Source of the DNA: Planctopirus limnophila DSM 3776
Lineage (GTDB): Bacteria; Planctomycetota; Planctomycetia; Planctomycetales; Planctomycetaceae
Assembly (NCBI RefSeq): GCF_000092105.1
Contig: NC_014148.1
Coordinates: forward strand, 2,610,001 to 2,642,000
Reading direction: 5' to 3'
Length of the DNA: 32,000 nt
The translations under genes and the position numbers were made by a program. Positions 9,212-18,278 of the stretch are shown one piece after another (position 1 is the stretch's first letter; each line of letters opens with the position of its first letter). The notes below the pieces were generated by a model. The model saw only the letters and a list, made by a program, of their open reading frames with translations, ran no database searches and was not told the origin of the DNA.

Positions 9212-9493
9212 CAATTCGTTACCAGACCTGTTTGATTCCCAGTTTCCTGACATTCCGGCGAAACTGTGTCATGAAATGATTGACATCCACGATCTCAACA
9301 TGGAAAACATGCACGAACGTCGATACGATGCGGCGAAAATCTCCATCGAACGGTGGTGATGACTGCTCGTCTCGAATCAGCGTGTTGGAAAGCCTGCCTT
9401 ACGAGCCGGTATTAGCTTCTGATCTTGTGAATGACGGACAATTCAGTCCTTTCTTGTCTCCTGTTGCCGAGCCTTTCAAGAGGAACATCCGTA

Positions 9494-11164
9494 ATGACTT
9501 CTGCGACGATGACCGCAGGTGCTGCGCCGAATGCTCACCGCCTGCTCTGGGCTGGATTCACAGCAATTCTTGCCGCCGGTGTGGGGTTCGCAATTCGTGG
9601 AGGGATTCTCGATAACTGGGGCAGGGAATTTGGCTTTACCAATGCTCAGCTTGGTGTGATTGGTGGTGCGGGATTTACCGGGTTCTGTTTCGGCATCATT
9701 ATCGGTGGCGTGATCGCAGATAAGATTGGCTATGGCAAACTCGTCGTAGCCGCCTTTGCGTTTCATGTGCTGTCAGCTTTCGTCACATTTGCAGCAGTCA
9801 CTCCCACGGGAGACGCAGCCGCCATTGCAGCTGGCCAGGCAACCGCCTTTAACTTCCTGTTCTGGGGAACGTTCATCTTTGCGATTGCCAACGGAACGCT
9901 GGAAGCCGTCGCTAACCCCCTGGTGGCTACAGTCTTTCCAAATGACCGCACGCATTATCTCAATATTCTGCATGCAAGCTGGCCTGCCGGGATGATCATT
10001 GGAGCGGCTGCCGGTTGGGTGCTGGACGATATGTTCAACGTCCCCTGGAAGTATCAATTAGCTTTGTTCCTGTTACCCACAGTGGTCTATGGGCTGATGT
10101 TTCTGGGACAGGCCATGCCGAAAAGCGAAGCTTCCAAGCAAGGACTCTCATTGGGTGAAATGCTCAAGGATGTGGGTCTTCTCGGTGGACTCGTGGTCTG
10201 CTATCTGCTTTCGCTCTTCTTTGGGGATGTTCTCAAGCCCTTGTTTGCCGAAGGCTCGCCGATGGCAGGTTATGTGGGATACGGCATCGGTGGAGCACTC
10301 CTGATTGCGGTCGGCGTGATTACGAAATTCAGCCTTGGGTCATTCCTGCTCTTTGTACTGTTTGTCACTCACGCTCTGGTTGGTGCCGTGGAACTTGGTA
10401 CCGATGGCTGGATTCAGAACATTACGGGAAACATCCTCACCTCCCAGGAAGGAAAGATTCTCTTCGTGTTTACATCCGCTGTGATGTTTGCTTTGCGATT
10501 CTGTGCTCACTTTATTGAGAAGCAGATGGGCCTTTCACCTGTGGGAATTCTCCTCGTCTGCTCGATCCTGGCTTTCATCGGTTTGAATCTGACCAGTCGA
10601 GTCGATTCATTCACCATGGCTCTGCTGGCACTGACAGTTTACGGGTTTGGCAAAACATTCTTCTGGCCCACAATGCTCGCTGTGACCAGTGACCGCTTCC
10701 CACGAACGGGTGCTGTTGCCATCAGTATCATGGGTGGTATCGGGATGCTGTCCGCCGGTCTGATGGGATCGCAAGGTCTGGGCTATGCTAAAGATCGATT
10801 TGCAGGTGAAGCCTTGAAAGCCGAAAAACCAGCTCTGTTTGAAGAATACAAAGCCTCCAAAGAGAGCACGTTCCTCTTCTTCCCGGCAGCCAAGGGGATT
10901 GATGGCCAGAAACTGGGAGCAATCCAGGAAAAGAAACCTGATCAGAGAACTGAAGACGACAAAATCGTGGTGGCAGCCAGCATTTCTGGTGATCGAAAGA
11001 CTCTCGTGGCAGATTCAGCGATCCCGGCGACCATGGCAGCGATCTATCTCTGCCTGATGATCTACTTCAAGAGCATTGGTGGTTATCGCCCACTGACTCT
11101 CAAGGATCTCTCATCCAAAGACAATGTGCATACCGGCACAGATCTTGGCACTGCTGAGAGTTAA
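9494..11164 (+). CDS. MFS-type transporter (about 12 TM) with a hydrophilic C-terminal extension
   Basis: There are many hydrophobic helices. Gly-rich MFS-like segments are present ([26 protein letters not shown]; [12 protein letters not shown]). A ~110-aa charged C-terminal region precedes a last hydrophobic stretch. The track ORF starts at ATG 9431; ATG 9494 ([10 protein letters not shown]...) is an equally plausible start. Confidence 0.75.
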   Translation: MTSATMTAGAAPNAHRLLWAGFTAILAAGVGFAIRGGILDNWGREFGFTNAQLGVIGGAGFTGFCFGIIIGGVIADKIGYGKLVVAAFAFHVLSAFVTFAAVTPTGDAAAIAAGQATAFNFLFWGTFIFAIANGTLEAVANPLVATVFPNDRTHYLNILHASWPAGMIIGAAAGWVLDDMFNVPWKYQLALFLLPTVVYGLMFLGQAMPKSEASKQGLSLGEMLKDVGLLGGLVVCYLLSLFFGDVLKPLFAEGSPMAGYVGYGIGGALLIAVGVITKFSLGSFLLFVLFVTHALVGAVELGTDGWIQNITGNILTSQEGKILFVFTSAVMFALRFCAHFIEKQMGLSPVGILLVCSILAFIGLNLTSRVDSFTMALLALTVYGFGKTFFWPTMLAVTSDRFPRTGAVAISIMGGIGMLSAGLMGSQGLGYAKDRFAGEALKAEKPALFEEYKASKESTFLFFPAAKGIDGQKLGAIQEKKPDQRTEDDKIVVAASISGDRKTLVADSAIPATMAAIYLCLMIYFKSIGGYRPLTLKDLSSKDNVHTGTDLGTAES

Positions 11165-11185
11165 TCGCGCCAATACTCGACCCGT

Positions 11186-11212
11186 GGCGTCTGGATTCGT
11201 TTTCCAGACGCC
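11186..11212 (+). terminator. Stem-loop downstream of the MFS gene (first of two)
   Basis: GGCGTCTGGA (11186-11195) is the perfect reverse complement of TCCAGACGCC (11203-11212), with a 7-nt loop. The downstream T tract is weak. Confidence 0.4.
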
Positions 11213-11240
11213 TTGGGATTTGAGAACTGAGCCACTCAAC

Positions 11241-11287
11241 GGTCTCCACATACTGAGTTCGATATGTGGAGGCCGTTTTGTTTTGTG
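11241..11287 (+). terminator. Rho-independent terminator of the MFS gene
   Basis: GGTCTCCACATA pairs with TATGTGGAGGCC, giving a 12-bp stem with one G-U pair and a 10-nt loop. It is followed by GTTTTGTTTTGTG. Confidence 0.6.
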
Positions 11288-11569
11288 CTCCAACAATGGC
11301 CACGCGGGCATGGCTGATCTCAGGGCCGAGAGCTGATCACAGGGCCAAAATGAGTGGAATGCTGTTGGATTCTTCCACAGCGCACAGCTCAATAATTGGA
11401 TAGCCGCCAGGAGACCCCAAAATGAAGAAAGGGCGAAGCCAATTCTGGCATCACCCTGAAGTTGTCATCATGTGAGCCGGTGACAGCGGCTTATAGCAGA
11501 CCTTCTACACACCTCGGAACCAAGCGAGCCCACTGAAACAAGCGAGCACAGTGGCAAATGCCAATGGTG

Positions 11570-11758
11570 CTACTTGGCTTCGGTTCCTTCAACGCGAGCG
11601 ACAAAGTTCAGCATGGGACTCATGCGGCGAACCTTGGCCACAATGAGTTCCTTGTCGGCGGCTGAGGTCGCAGCTGCGTACTTCTTTTCGAGCTTCTTGA
11701 TCTTGGCCTTACGCTGGCGACGCTTGGCCAACTCACGGTCACGTTCTGTACGAGGCAT
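11570..11758 (-). CDS. Small, highly basic hypothetical protein (62 aa)
   Basis: MPRTERDRELAKRRQRKAKIKKLEKKYAAATSAADKELIVAKVRRMSP... is Lys/Arg-rich and predicted helical. It lies 58 nt downstream of the Zn-ribbon miniprotein on the same strand. The antisense 62-aa ORF (11574..11762 +) looks like a low-complexity shadow. Confidence 0.4.
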   Translation of the reverse strand: MPRTERDRELAKRRQRKAKIKKLEKKYAAATSAADKELIVAKVRRMSPMLNFVARVEGTEAK

Positions 11759-11816
11759 CTGAAATCCAGTTCAGGTCAAGTTGAGAAAAACACCAAACAA
11801 TCCAATGGGAAAGATA

Positions 11817-11936
11817 CTACCGAAGCTTCTTGTGGCAAGTCTTGCAACGAATGGCAAAACCAACCAGCTTGCCGCACTTGGGGCAGCGAATCGACTTCCT
11901 CAACTTCACCAATTTTGTTCGTGGTCGGTAGACCAT
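11817..11936 (-). CDS. Zinc-ribbon miniprotein (39 aa), basic
   Basis: From ATG 11936: MVYRPRTKLVKLRKSIRCPKCGKLVGFAIRCKTCHKKLR, with CPKC..(10)..CKTC. The track ORF extends to 12014, but the N-terminal 26 aa look non-coding. Confidence 0.35.
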   Translation of the reverse strand: MVYRPRTKLVKLRKSIRCPKCGKLVGFAIRCKTCHKKLR

Positions 11937-12207
11937 GTTTGCACTCCACCGCAAATATTCAGCGACAACGTTTCCGCATTTGCGAAAAATAGCAGCTAAG
12001 TTCACGCAGAACAAGTGAATGCCTATCCCAGAAACACGACGATTTTTACGACAATTCCATTTCGGCGGCGAAAGGAGTCCCGTAACTTCATTTGCGAACC
12101 ACCCAAATGCCGAAAACTGACCACCAGAAAATATTCATAAGAACACTTATTTTCATGATCAGTTCCACTTTCGCATTCTGAACCACAATTCAAGAAATGT
12201 GATCTTC

Positions 12208-13485
12208 ATGCAGACGACCCCCAAAATTCTGATCGCAGGGGGAAGTGTGCGTGCTGCAGCGGACTCGGCTCAGCGTGGCGGGTGGCAAGTTATCGCCTAT
12301 GACCAGTACGGAGATCTGGATCTTCAAGAATCATCGATCTGGCAGTCACTTCCCGCAGAAACCAAGAATTGGTCTTTTGATCTCGCCCATGTCGAACACG
12401 TGCAAGGTTGGACATACACAGGCCCATTTGAGAACTGGCCCGCAGATGCATCGAGATTCTCAGAGCAAGCCGACAAATGCTCGATTCCGCTGCTTGGAGT
12501 TTCACCCCGGCTTCTCAAACGGATTCGTGATCCCCGCTTTCTGCAGGAAACGTTTGCCAGTATCGGTGGGAATCCTCTGGCGGTGATCCTTCCCGGCCCA
12601 GTCGTACCTTCCGAATTACGACCAGCGACTCAAATCGATCTATCCAAAGTTCAAGAGTTGATTCGTAAACCGCTGCACTCCGGGGGAGGGTTCAATGTTC
12701 GCGATGTCTCTCAAGCCGACATCATGGAAGAGAGCTTCCCTCATTCGCTTGATGAGCTTGAATACCTGCAGGAAAAAGTCCATGGGGTTCCGCAAAGCTG
12801 CATCTTCATGGCGAGTTCAACCCATGTGGAGAGAATCGGTTGGACTGAAGGTCTGATGGGCACTCCCTGGGGAAAATATGGTTATCGCGGCTCCGTGGGC
12901 CCGATCACTGTTCCCCCACCGATCGATGAGCTGGCCTGTTCACTGGCGAACGCGATTGTCAAAGCGACGGGCCTGTCGGGAATTCTGGGAATTGATGGCA
13001 TTCGCTGCGATGAGTCGTGGCGACCGATCGAAATCAACCCGCGCTACACGGCGAGTTGTGAAATTCTGGAAGGAACAGTCGGCCATCCCGCATCGCTGAT
13101 GGATCTTCATCTCAGGGCCTGGCAGAGCGAACTGATGCCACCTTGTTTGAGAGATGTGTCCGCAACTTCCAGGAAAAAAACAACAGGTGGGGATCATTCG
13201 CAGCGCCCCGACTTCGGTTGCAAGCAGATCGTCTATGCAGGGGAAGCCTTTAATGCGCCGGATTTGCGTGTTCCCTGGTTGAAATCGCATTCTGGCAAAT
13301 TCCTTCCACAAGCATCACCTCATCAAGTGATTGCCGATATCCCCATGCCTGGAAGTCTCATTTCCAGTGGATACCCGGTTTGCACCCTCTTCGGATGGGG
13401 TTCTTCGATTGCCGATGCCCGCCGACAATGCGCAGAGCATTGGTCTCAACTGACGACTCATTTTCCCGAGCTGAAGCTTGCCTGA
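12208..13485 (+). CDS. ATP-grasp family protein (COG2232-like carboligase; possibly H4MPT-pathway associated)
   Basis: The N-terminus ILIAGGSVRAAADSAQRGGWQVIAYDQYGDLDL resembles the pre-ATP-grasp domain of COG2232-type proteins. IRKPLHSGGGFNV, YLQEKVHGVPQS and ILGIDGIRCDESWRPIEINPRYTAS match ATP-grasp nucleotide/Mg-binding segments. The track start is GTG 12199; the first ATG is at 12208. Confidence 0.7.
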   Translation: MQTTPKILIAGGSVRAAADSAQRGGWQVIAYDQYGDLDLQESSIWQSLPAETKNWSFDLAHVEHVQGWTYTGPFENWPADASRFSEQADKCSIPLLGVSPRLLKRIRDPRFLQETFASIGGNPLAVILPGPVVPSELRPATQIDLSKVQELIRKPLHSGGGFNVRDVSQADIMEESFPHSLDELEYLQEKVHGVPQSCIFMASSTHVERIGWTEGLMGTPWGKYGYRGSVGPITVPPPIDELACSLANAIVKATGLSGILGIDGIRCDESWRPIEINPRYTASCEILEGTVGHPASLMDLHLRAWQSELMPPCLRDVSATSRKKTTGGDHSQRPDFGCKQIVYAGEAFNAPDLRVPWLKSHSGKFLPQASPHQVIADIPMPGSLISSGYPVCTLFGWGSSIADARRQCAEHWSQLTTHFPELKLA

Positions 13486-13727
13486 CGACCTCCCTACTTT
13501 CAGACGAATTCATACAGCATGAATCTTTAGATCATCAGTCATAAGCCTTACATTCGGCGATACTTCCCGGAATTATCAGGCTTTACACCGAGATTGTTCC
13601 AAGAGTGGCCCTTGGACATCTTGTTGATGACCACAATCATAGCGAGACGAATGCTGTTCCATCGAATCCTGATTGATCGCGAGCTTGAACAGCCCCTCCG
13701 ATTTGTCCGAAATCGATCCCTCCGTGA

Positions 13728-14612
13728 GTGCGACGTTGTCGCAGTAAAGTCTTCATCGTGCCCACACCTGCCGATCGCATCCATCTGGCCCTCGAAATCC
13801 TTGTCGAAGAGTGGACCCCATTCATTCGACAGGAATTGAGCAAGTCGTATGGACATCGAGTCGAAGAAGTCATTCTTGCGCAGATTCGCGGTGATCGAAA
13901 CATGGCCTCTGCCAGATTTTCCGATCCGCTGTCAGATCCCCATATCTTGCTGAATGTGGTCTGGGAACAGTGGAATCACTGCTTTCGCCATCAGTTGGGA
14001 ATCTTTGAACGGAGCCTGATCAGCGAACTGCGTGAGTTTCGTAATCAGTTAGCTCATCAGTCGTTTCTCACTGAAGACGATGCCTACCGAGTGCTCGATA
14101 GCGTTCAGCGGTTATTGGTGGCGACAGGCCACACCCAGCGGGCGACTCAGTTAGAAGATGAAAAGGTCGATGCACTCCGGCAGAAATTCGGGCATCGCGT
14201 CAATCGCGAACTGGCCAGAATTCGGTTCAATCGACGGCGTCTGCTCGACATCGCACTCTACAGTCTCTGCTGCTTTGCATTGGTCACAACGTTGTGGAGC
14301 TTTCTGTGGGAGCGTCACTGGCTGGCCACATTACTGCTGATTGCCTTCGTGATCTTTACCTTTGGTTACTTCATCTATCAGCGTCTGAGTGCTGCAATTC
14401 CGGTCTTTGGCGTCCATGAATGTGCTCATTGCCGCAGGGTCATCTACACAGAATCTTGCCCGTACTGTGAACAATCGCCTGCACATCGGCATAGACGAGC
14501 TCAAATTCTCGATCCTCGGGAAGAGGCTGATGCGACGCTCGCTCACGAGACACTGGAAATGATTGACCAGAGTGCAAATCCTCTGGAACTGATTTCCAAA
14601 GTTCCGCGCTGA
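13728..14612 (+). CDS. Swt1-like HEPN domain protein fused to two TM helices and a C-terminal CxxC..CxxC zinc ribbon
   Basis: HEPN Rx4H motif ELREFRNQLAHQ (R at 14040). It is preceded by ...LEILVEEWTPFIRQELSKSYG...DPHILLNVVWEQW.., which is typical of Swt1-type HEPN. TM helices are LLDIALYSLCCFALVTTLWSFLW and WLATLLLIAFVIFTFGYFIY. Then CAHCRRVIYTESCPYC. The start is uncertain (GTG 13728 or GTG 13758). Confidence 0.7.
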   Translation: MRRCRSKVFIVPTPADRIHLALEILVEEWTPFIRQELSKSYGHRVEEVILAQIRGDRNMASARFSDPLSDPHILLNVVWEQWNHCFRHQLGIFERSLISELREFRNQLAHQSFLTEDDAYRVLDSVQRLLVATGHTQRATQLEDEKVDALRQKFGHRVNRELARIRFNRRRLLDIALYSLCCFALVTTLWSFLWERHWLATLLLIAFVIFTFGYFIYQRLSAAIPVFGVHECAHCRRVIYTESCPYCEQSPAHRHRRAQILDPREEADATLAHETLEMIDQSANPLELISKVPR

Positions 14613-14642
14613 TCGTTCGCTCATCCACAGTGCGAGTAAGAG

Positions 14643-15014
14643 TTACTGCGCACTCTGAATATCGGGACGCAACTTCTTGGCTTCTCCCAGGTAGACATGC
14701 ACAATTTCACTGGGTGCCTTACTTGAGTTCACATGCAATAACACACGAATACAACGTGGCAACGCCTGGGGAACTGCGATCTCTGATGCGCACAGGAGTG
14801 GCACTTGCCTCATCCCGAGAGCGCGAGCCGCCTCGGCCGGAAATGTCGAGGTGAGATCGGGGGTTGTCGTGAAGATCGCTGAAACGATTTCGTCGAAATC
14901 GACGATTTCATTCTGCTGAAGCAGTTCTGCCAGGAGTTCTCGAGTCGCAGCCAGAAGCAGTTCAGGATTATCGCAATCCACACAGGTTGCACCACGAATT
15001 CCTCTGACGGACAT
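14643..15014 (-). CDS. aroH: Monofunctional chorismate mutase, AroH class
   Basis: [18 protein letters not shown]...[18 protein letters not shown]...CIRVLLHVN...[13 protein letters not shown] is colinear with Bacillus AroH (IRGIRGATTV..., TPDL..VFPAK, CIRVMM, HVYL..LRPD). 123 aa from ATG 15014. The track ORF (to 15167) adds 51 non-homologous residues. Confidence 0.85.
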   Translation of the reverse strand: MSVRGIRGATCVDCDNPELLLAATRELLAELLQQNEIVDFDEIVSAIFTTTPDLTSTFPAEAARALGMRQVPLLCASEIAVPQALPRCIRVLLHVNSSKAPSEIVHVYLGEAKKLRPDIQSAQ

Positions 15015-15067
15015 CTCAGCCCACTCCCTCTCGAACTCGCTTGAACATTCGATCCGCAGACATTCAA

Positions 15068-15094
15068 TCAATCGTTGCAGATCGTAACGATTGA
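15068..15094. promoter_or_regulatory. Perfect 9-bp inverted repeat in the aroH / arsR divergent intergenic region (candidate operator)
   Basis: TCAATCGTT (15068-15076) and AACGATTGA (15086-15094) are exact reverse complements with a 9-bp spacer. The repeat lies 54 nt upstream of the aroH start and ~190 nt upstream of the arsR-like start. Confidence 0.25.
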
Positions 15095-15282
15095 CCATCC
15101 TGCCCGACAGCCACCCACAGGCTTGTTCAGCAATTCTTGCCGCAGCCAGCATGACAACCTTGTTCAACTTGTCATTGCCAAACTTTTTCTTACGATTTTG
15201 TCATCTTTCTAACGCCGATCAACGTATCTACAGTCGTAACAGTAACCCGTACACAGATTCAAACATCGAAAGGTGTCGATCG

Positions 15283-15837
15283 ATGCCGTCCTCGACTGTT
15301 GCTACCAGGGAAATGGCTGAGCTTCTTGGAGTCCTGTCGCATCCCTGCCGCGTCCAGATTGTGGAAGAATTGCGCGACAGTGAACGTAATGTCAATGCTC
15401 TTCAAGAGTTGCTAGGAATCAGCCACTCCGGTGTTTCACAACACCTGGCACTCTTAAGAACGCGCAAATTGCTCAAAGAACGCCGTTCAGGCAGGCATGT
15501 TTATTACCGGCTGGCAAATCCCCGGCTCGCCGAGTGGCTGAGAATGGGAAATGTGTTCCTCGATCAACCCACACCCGATCAAATAGAGAACTCCGGGACA
15601 AGTAGCAATGCATCCACAAATGCCAGTTCGTCGATGAGTTGGGAGGCACACGTTCTGCATCAGAAGGTCGTCCCTCAGCCGGAGCCATCACGATCTAATG
15701 GAATGTCAGGCGATCGCTTGCCGGAACAGACTTCACTCGGTGAACATCGCAATTTCAATCCAACAGATTATTCAGAAACGGTTGTGGTCGACAAACCGAT
15801 GGATCTGTCAGACTCCTCCACGACCCAGCCGACATAA
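15283..15837 (+). CDS. ArsR/SmtB-family winged-helix regulator with a ~90-aa Ser/Asn/Pro-rich C-terminal tail
   Basis: LLGVLSHPCRVQIVEELRDSERNVNALQELLGISHSGVSQHLALLRTRKLLKERRSGRHVYYRL is a canonical ArsR HTH. ATG 15283 is preferred over the upstream track start at 15091. First gene of the ABC-HlyD-TolC cluster. Confidence 0.8.
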   Translation: MPSSTVATREMAELLGVLSHPCRVQIVEELRDSERNVNALQELLGISHSGVSQHLALLRTRKLLKERRSGRHVYYRLANPRLAEWLRMGNVFLDQPTPDQIENSGTSSNASTNASSSMSWEAHVLHQKVVPQPEPSRSNGMSGDRLPEQTSLGEHRNFNPTDYSETVVVDKPMDLSDSSTTQPT

Positions 15838-15868
15838 TTTGCATCAAAATTGAATCTCCTGGAGAGCA

Positions 15869-18166
15869 TTGGTTGTGAGCAGATTATCATCTTCGACATC
15901 GAGAGCTGAGCCGGGGGAACTCCGCCACGCGGAGACTGATCGAAACGACTACGGAGATGAAACCGAGTGCTTCTCATCCGGAACGAGTCAGGGTGCGGCT
16001 TTAGCCGGCGCACTGGTCGAATTCGGTAGACTCACCGAAAATCCGTGGGAACCTCTGATCGTTCAACGTGAACTCGAAGCAGCCGCCCGGTGCTGGCAGG
16101 GTGACTTCGACAGTAAGTGGTGGAAGTGGGCCATCGAAGTTGCCAGGTCTCATGGTTTGGCCATCCGGCTCATGGATCTGACGATCAGTGAAGTTCATGC
16201 ACTTGCGAAACATGGTGGTATCGCCCTTTGTCGCACTGAACCAATTCCAACTGTGCCAATTCCAAACGCCTCAGCTCCATCTTCGAAAGCCGCACCAGAA
16301 CTGGCTGAGAGGCTGTTCGTCGTCTCGGGACGAAAAAAAACGCTGGCCATGGAGTTTGCTAATGATCTTTACGGCAAAGATCTGCCCTGGCTCAATTTCG
16401 TCCAGAGTTTTCCACAGGTTGCTGTGCGCTGTGTCGTTTTTGAGCCCAATATCGATGGGTTGGGTGCCGGCCACGAGCACCACCAGCCTCCCTGGAAACG
16501 TCTGCTGCGCATGATCGCGCCAGAAAAAAATGAAATCTGGACGATTTTCCTGATGGCATGTGCGGCTGGCCTGTTATCAGTCTCGGCTCCATTGGCGGCT
16601 CAACAACTCGTCCGCGCGGTGACTTTTGGTGGTGTCTTCCAGCCAATTATCGTTCTGAGCATTATCCTTTTGGGGCTGTTAAGTCTGCTCGGCGCCTTCC
16701 AGATTCTGAAGATCTACATCTCAGAAGTGATCCAGCGCCGCCTGTTCACGCGCATTACTGCGGATCTGGCATGGCGGCTTCCTCGTGTCAAAGAATCGGA
16801 ATGGATGCATCATGACGGACAGGAACTCGTCAATCGGTTTCTGGAAGTGGTGACACTTCAGAAAGTCATCAGCAGCCTGCTGGTGGATGGATTAGCGATC
16901 ATTCTGGCGACAATTGTCGGTATGACATTGATGGCGTTCTATCATCCGTTTCTTCTCGGTTATGACCTTGTCCTGATTGTGCTGTTGTCGATCATCATTT
17001 TGACAATGGGGCGCGGAGGGGTGCGAACTTCCATCGAAGAATCCAACAATAAATACATGGCACTAGCCTGGTTCGAAGAACTGGTTCGCGTCCCCGCAAT
17101 CTTCCGTACTCCTGATGGTGCTGCTCTGGCTTGGCAACGAAGCGATGCGCTATGCACACGTTATCTCAATGCGAGGCAAAGTCACTTTACGATTGTTCTC
17201 AGGCAATACATTGCTCTAGCGATACTCCAGGCTGTGGCAGCAACCGCCCTGCTGGGTCTGGGTGGTTATCTCGTACTTCGAGAACAATTGACACTCGGCC
17301 AACTGGTTGCTGCCGAACTGATCGTCGCCACTATTGTGGGTTCGTTTCTGAAACTGGGCAAGCACCTTGAAGAGTGGTTCGATCTCATGGCAGCGGTGAA
17401 TAAACTGGGCCATCTGTTCGACCTGCCTGTGACCCAGCAAAGAGGGGTCTTGTTGCCCGAATCACGCAAACCGATCGCTCTCGATATGCGAAATGTTTCG
17501 TGGGGCCATTCGCCCGGTGTCGGTCATTGGATGACTCCCCATTTGACATGTGCTGTGACTCCGGGTTCATCGCTGGCCATTCTGGATAATCAGCCGGAGC
17601 ATCGGTCAAAAATTCTCTCGGCCCTGGCAGGTGAGGCCTACGAATTCGAGGGAATCATCGAGCTCGATGGTTTACCACTGAATGATCTTCGTAAAGATCT
17701 TGTCAGATCACAGGTGGCTTTCGTCCAGATGCCTGAGATTCTGTCTGCTTCCATTGCCACCAACGTCCATTTGCATCGACCCGACGTCAGTGATCAGACC
17801 GTCAAGCGACGACTCGAAGATGTCGCACTCATGGCTCGAATTGAAACCTTACACGGTGGTATCCATACCGAACTATCGGCCAAAGGCGACCCGCTTTCTT
17901 CAACAGAGCAGATGCAACTGATGCTCGCACGAGCCATGGCAGGCTCTCCGCGTCTGCTTCTGATTGACGGATGGCTGGATGGCTTGCCCGACCACTTGCG
18001 GCAGCGTTTACTGGGCGTCCTCTTTGCGCCAGACAGAACGTGGACCACGATCATCGCCACCTCCCGGCCCGATATTGCCGCGCTGTGCGACCAGACCATC
18101 GAGATGGACAGTGCCGAATCTCGACCTTTGGAAGCACCTCGTCAACCATCCTTACCTGCGACCTAG
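15869..18166 (+). CDS. ABC exporter-like protein: C39-like domain (no catalytic Cys) + 6-TM type-1 exporter domain + degenerate nucleotide-binding domain
   Basis: The domain order matches HlyB/PCAT-type exporters. In the NBD, the Walker A position reads LAILDNQPEHRSKIL (canonical GxxGxGKS/T). The signature reads LSSTEQ (LSGGQ). Walker B reads LLLIDG (hhhhDE). The H-loop reads IIATSR (His replaced by Ser). The Q-loop Gln is retained (VAFVQ). The start is TTG 15869 or GTG 15875; there is no in-frame ATG for >100 codons. Confidence 0.85.
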   Translation: MVVSRLSSSTSRAEPGELRHAETDRNDYGDETECFSSGTSQGAALAGALVEFGRLTENPWEPLIVQRELEAAARCWQGDFDSKWWKWAIEVARSHGLAIRLMDLTISEVHALAKHGGIALCRTEPIPTVPIPNASAPSSKAAPELAERLFVVSGRKKTLAMEFANDLYGKDLPWLNFVQSFPQVAVRCVVFEPNIDGLGAGHEHHQPPWKRLLRMIAPEKNEIWTIFLMACAAGLLSVSAPLAAQQLVRAVTFGGVFQPIIVLSIILLGLLSLLGAFQILKIYISEVIQRRLFTRITADLAWRLPRVKESEWMHHDGQELVNRFLEVVTLQKVISSLLVDGLAIILATIVGMTLMAFYHPFLLGYDLVLIVLLSIIILTMGRGGVRTSIEESNNKYMALAWFEELVRVPAIFRTPDGAALAWQRSDALCTRYLNARQSHFTIVLRQYIALAILQAVAATALLGLGGYLVLREQLTLGQLVAAELIVATIVGSFLKLGKHLEEWFDLMAAVNKLGHLFDLPVTQQRGVLLPESRKPIALDMRNVSWGHSPGVGHWMTPHLTCAVTPGSSLAILDNQPEHRSKILSALAGEAYEFEGIIELDGLPLNDLRKDLVRSQVAFVQMPEILSASIATNVHLHRPDVSDQTVKRRLEDVALMARIETLHGGIHTELSAKGDPLSSTEQMQLMLARAMAGSPRLLLIDGWLDGLPDHLRQRLLGVLFAPDRTWTTIIATSRPDIAALCDQTIEMDSAESRPLEAPRQPSLPAT

Positions 18167-18278
18167 AATGCCAGATCGAGCTTCATTTCCAGATAAGAAG
18201 TTCCAGATGTCCTGACTGAATAACGGACCAGACCTGCATCACGAACATCATCCACGATTCGCTCGGAAGGAGTGAAAC

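Noticed and set aside
11111-11392. 93-aa minus-strand ORF and 70-aa plus-strand ORF after the MFS gene
   Set aside because: Both run straight through the two terminator hairpins (11186-11212, 11241-11287). Implausible as coding sequence.
15015-15167. 51-codon N-terminal extension of the chorismate mutase ORF
   Set aside because: AroH-class enzymes are ~120-127 aa and begin right at the M-x-x-RGIRGAT motif. ATG 15014 reproduces that, and the extension has no homology.
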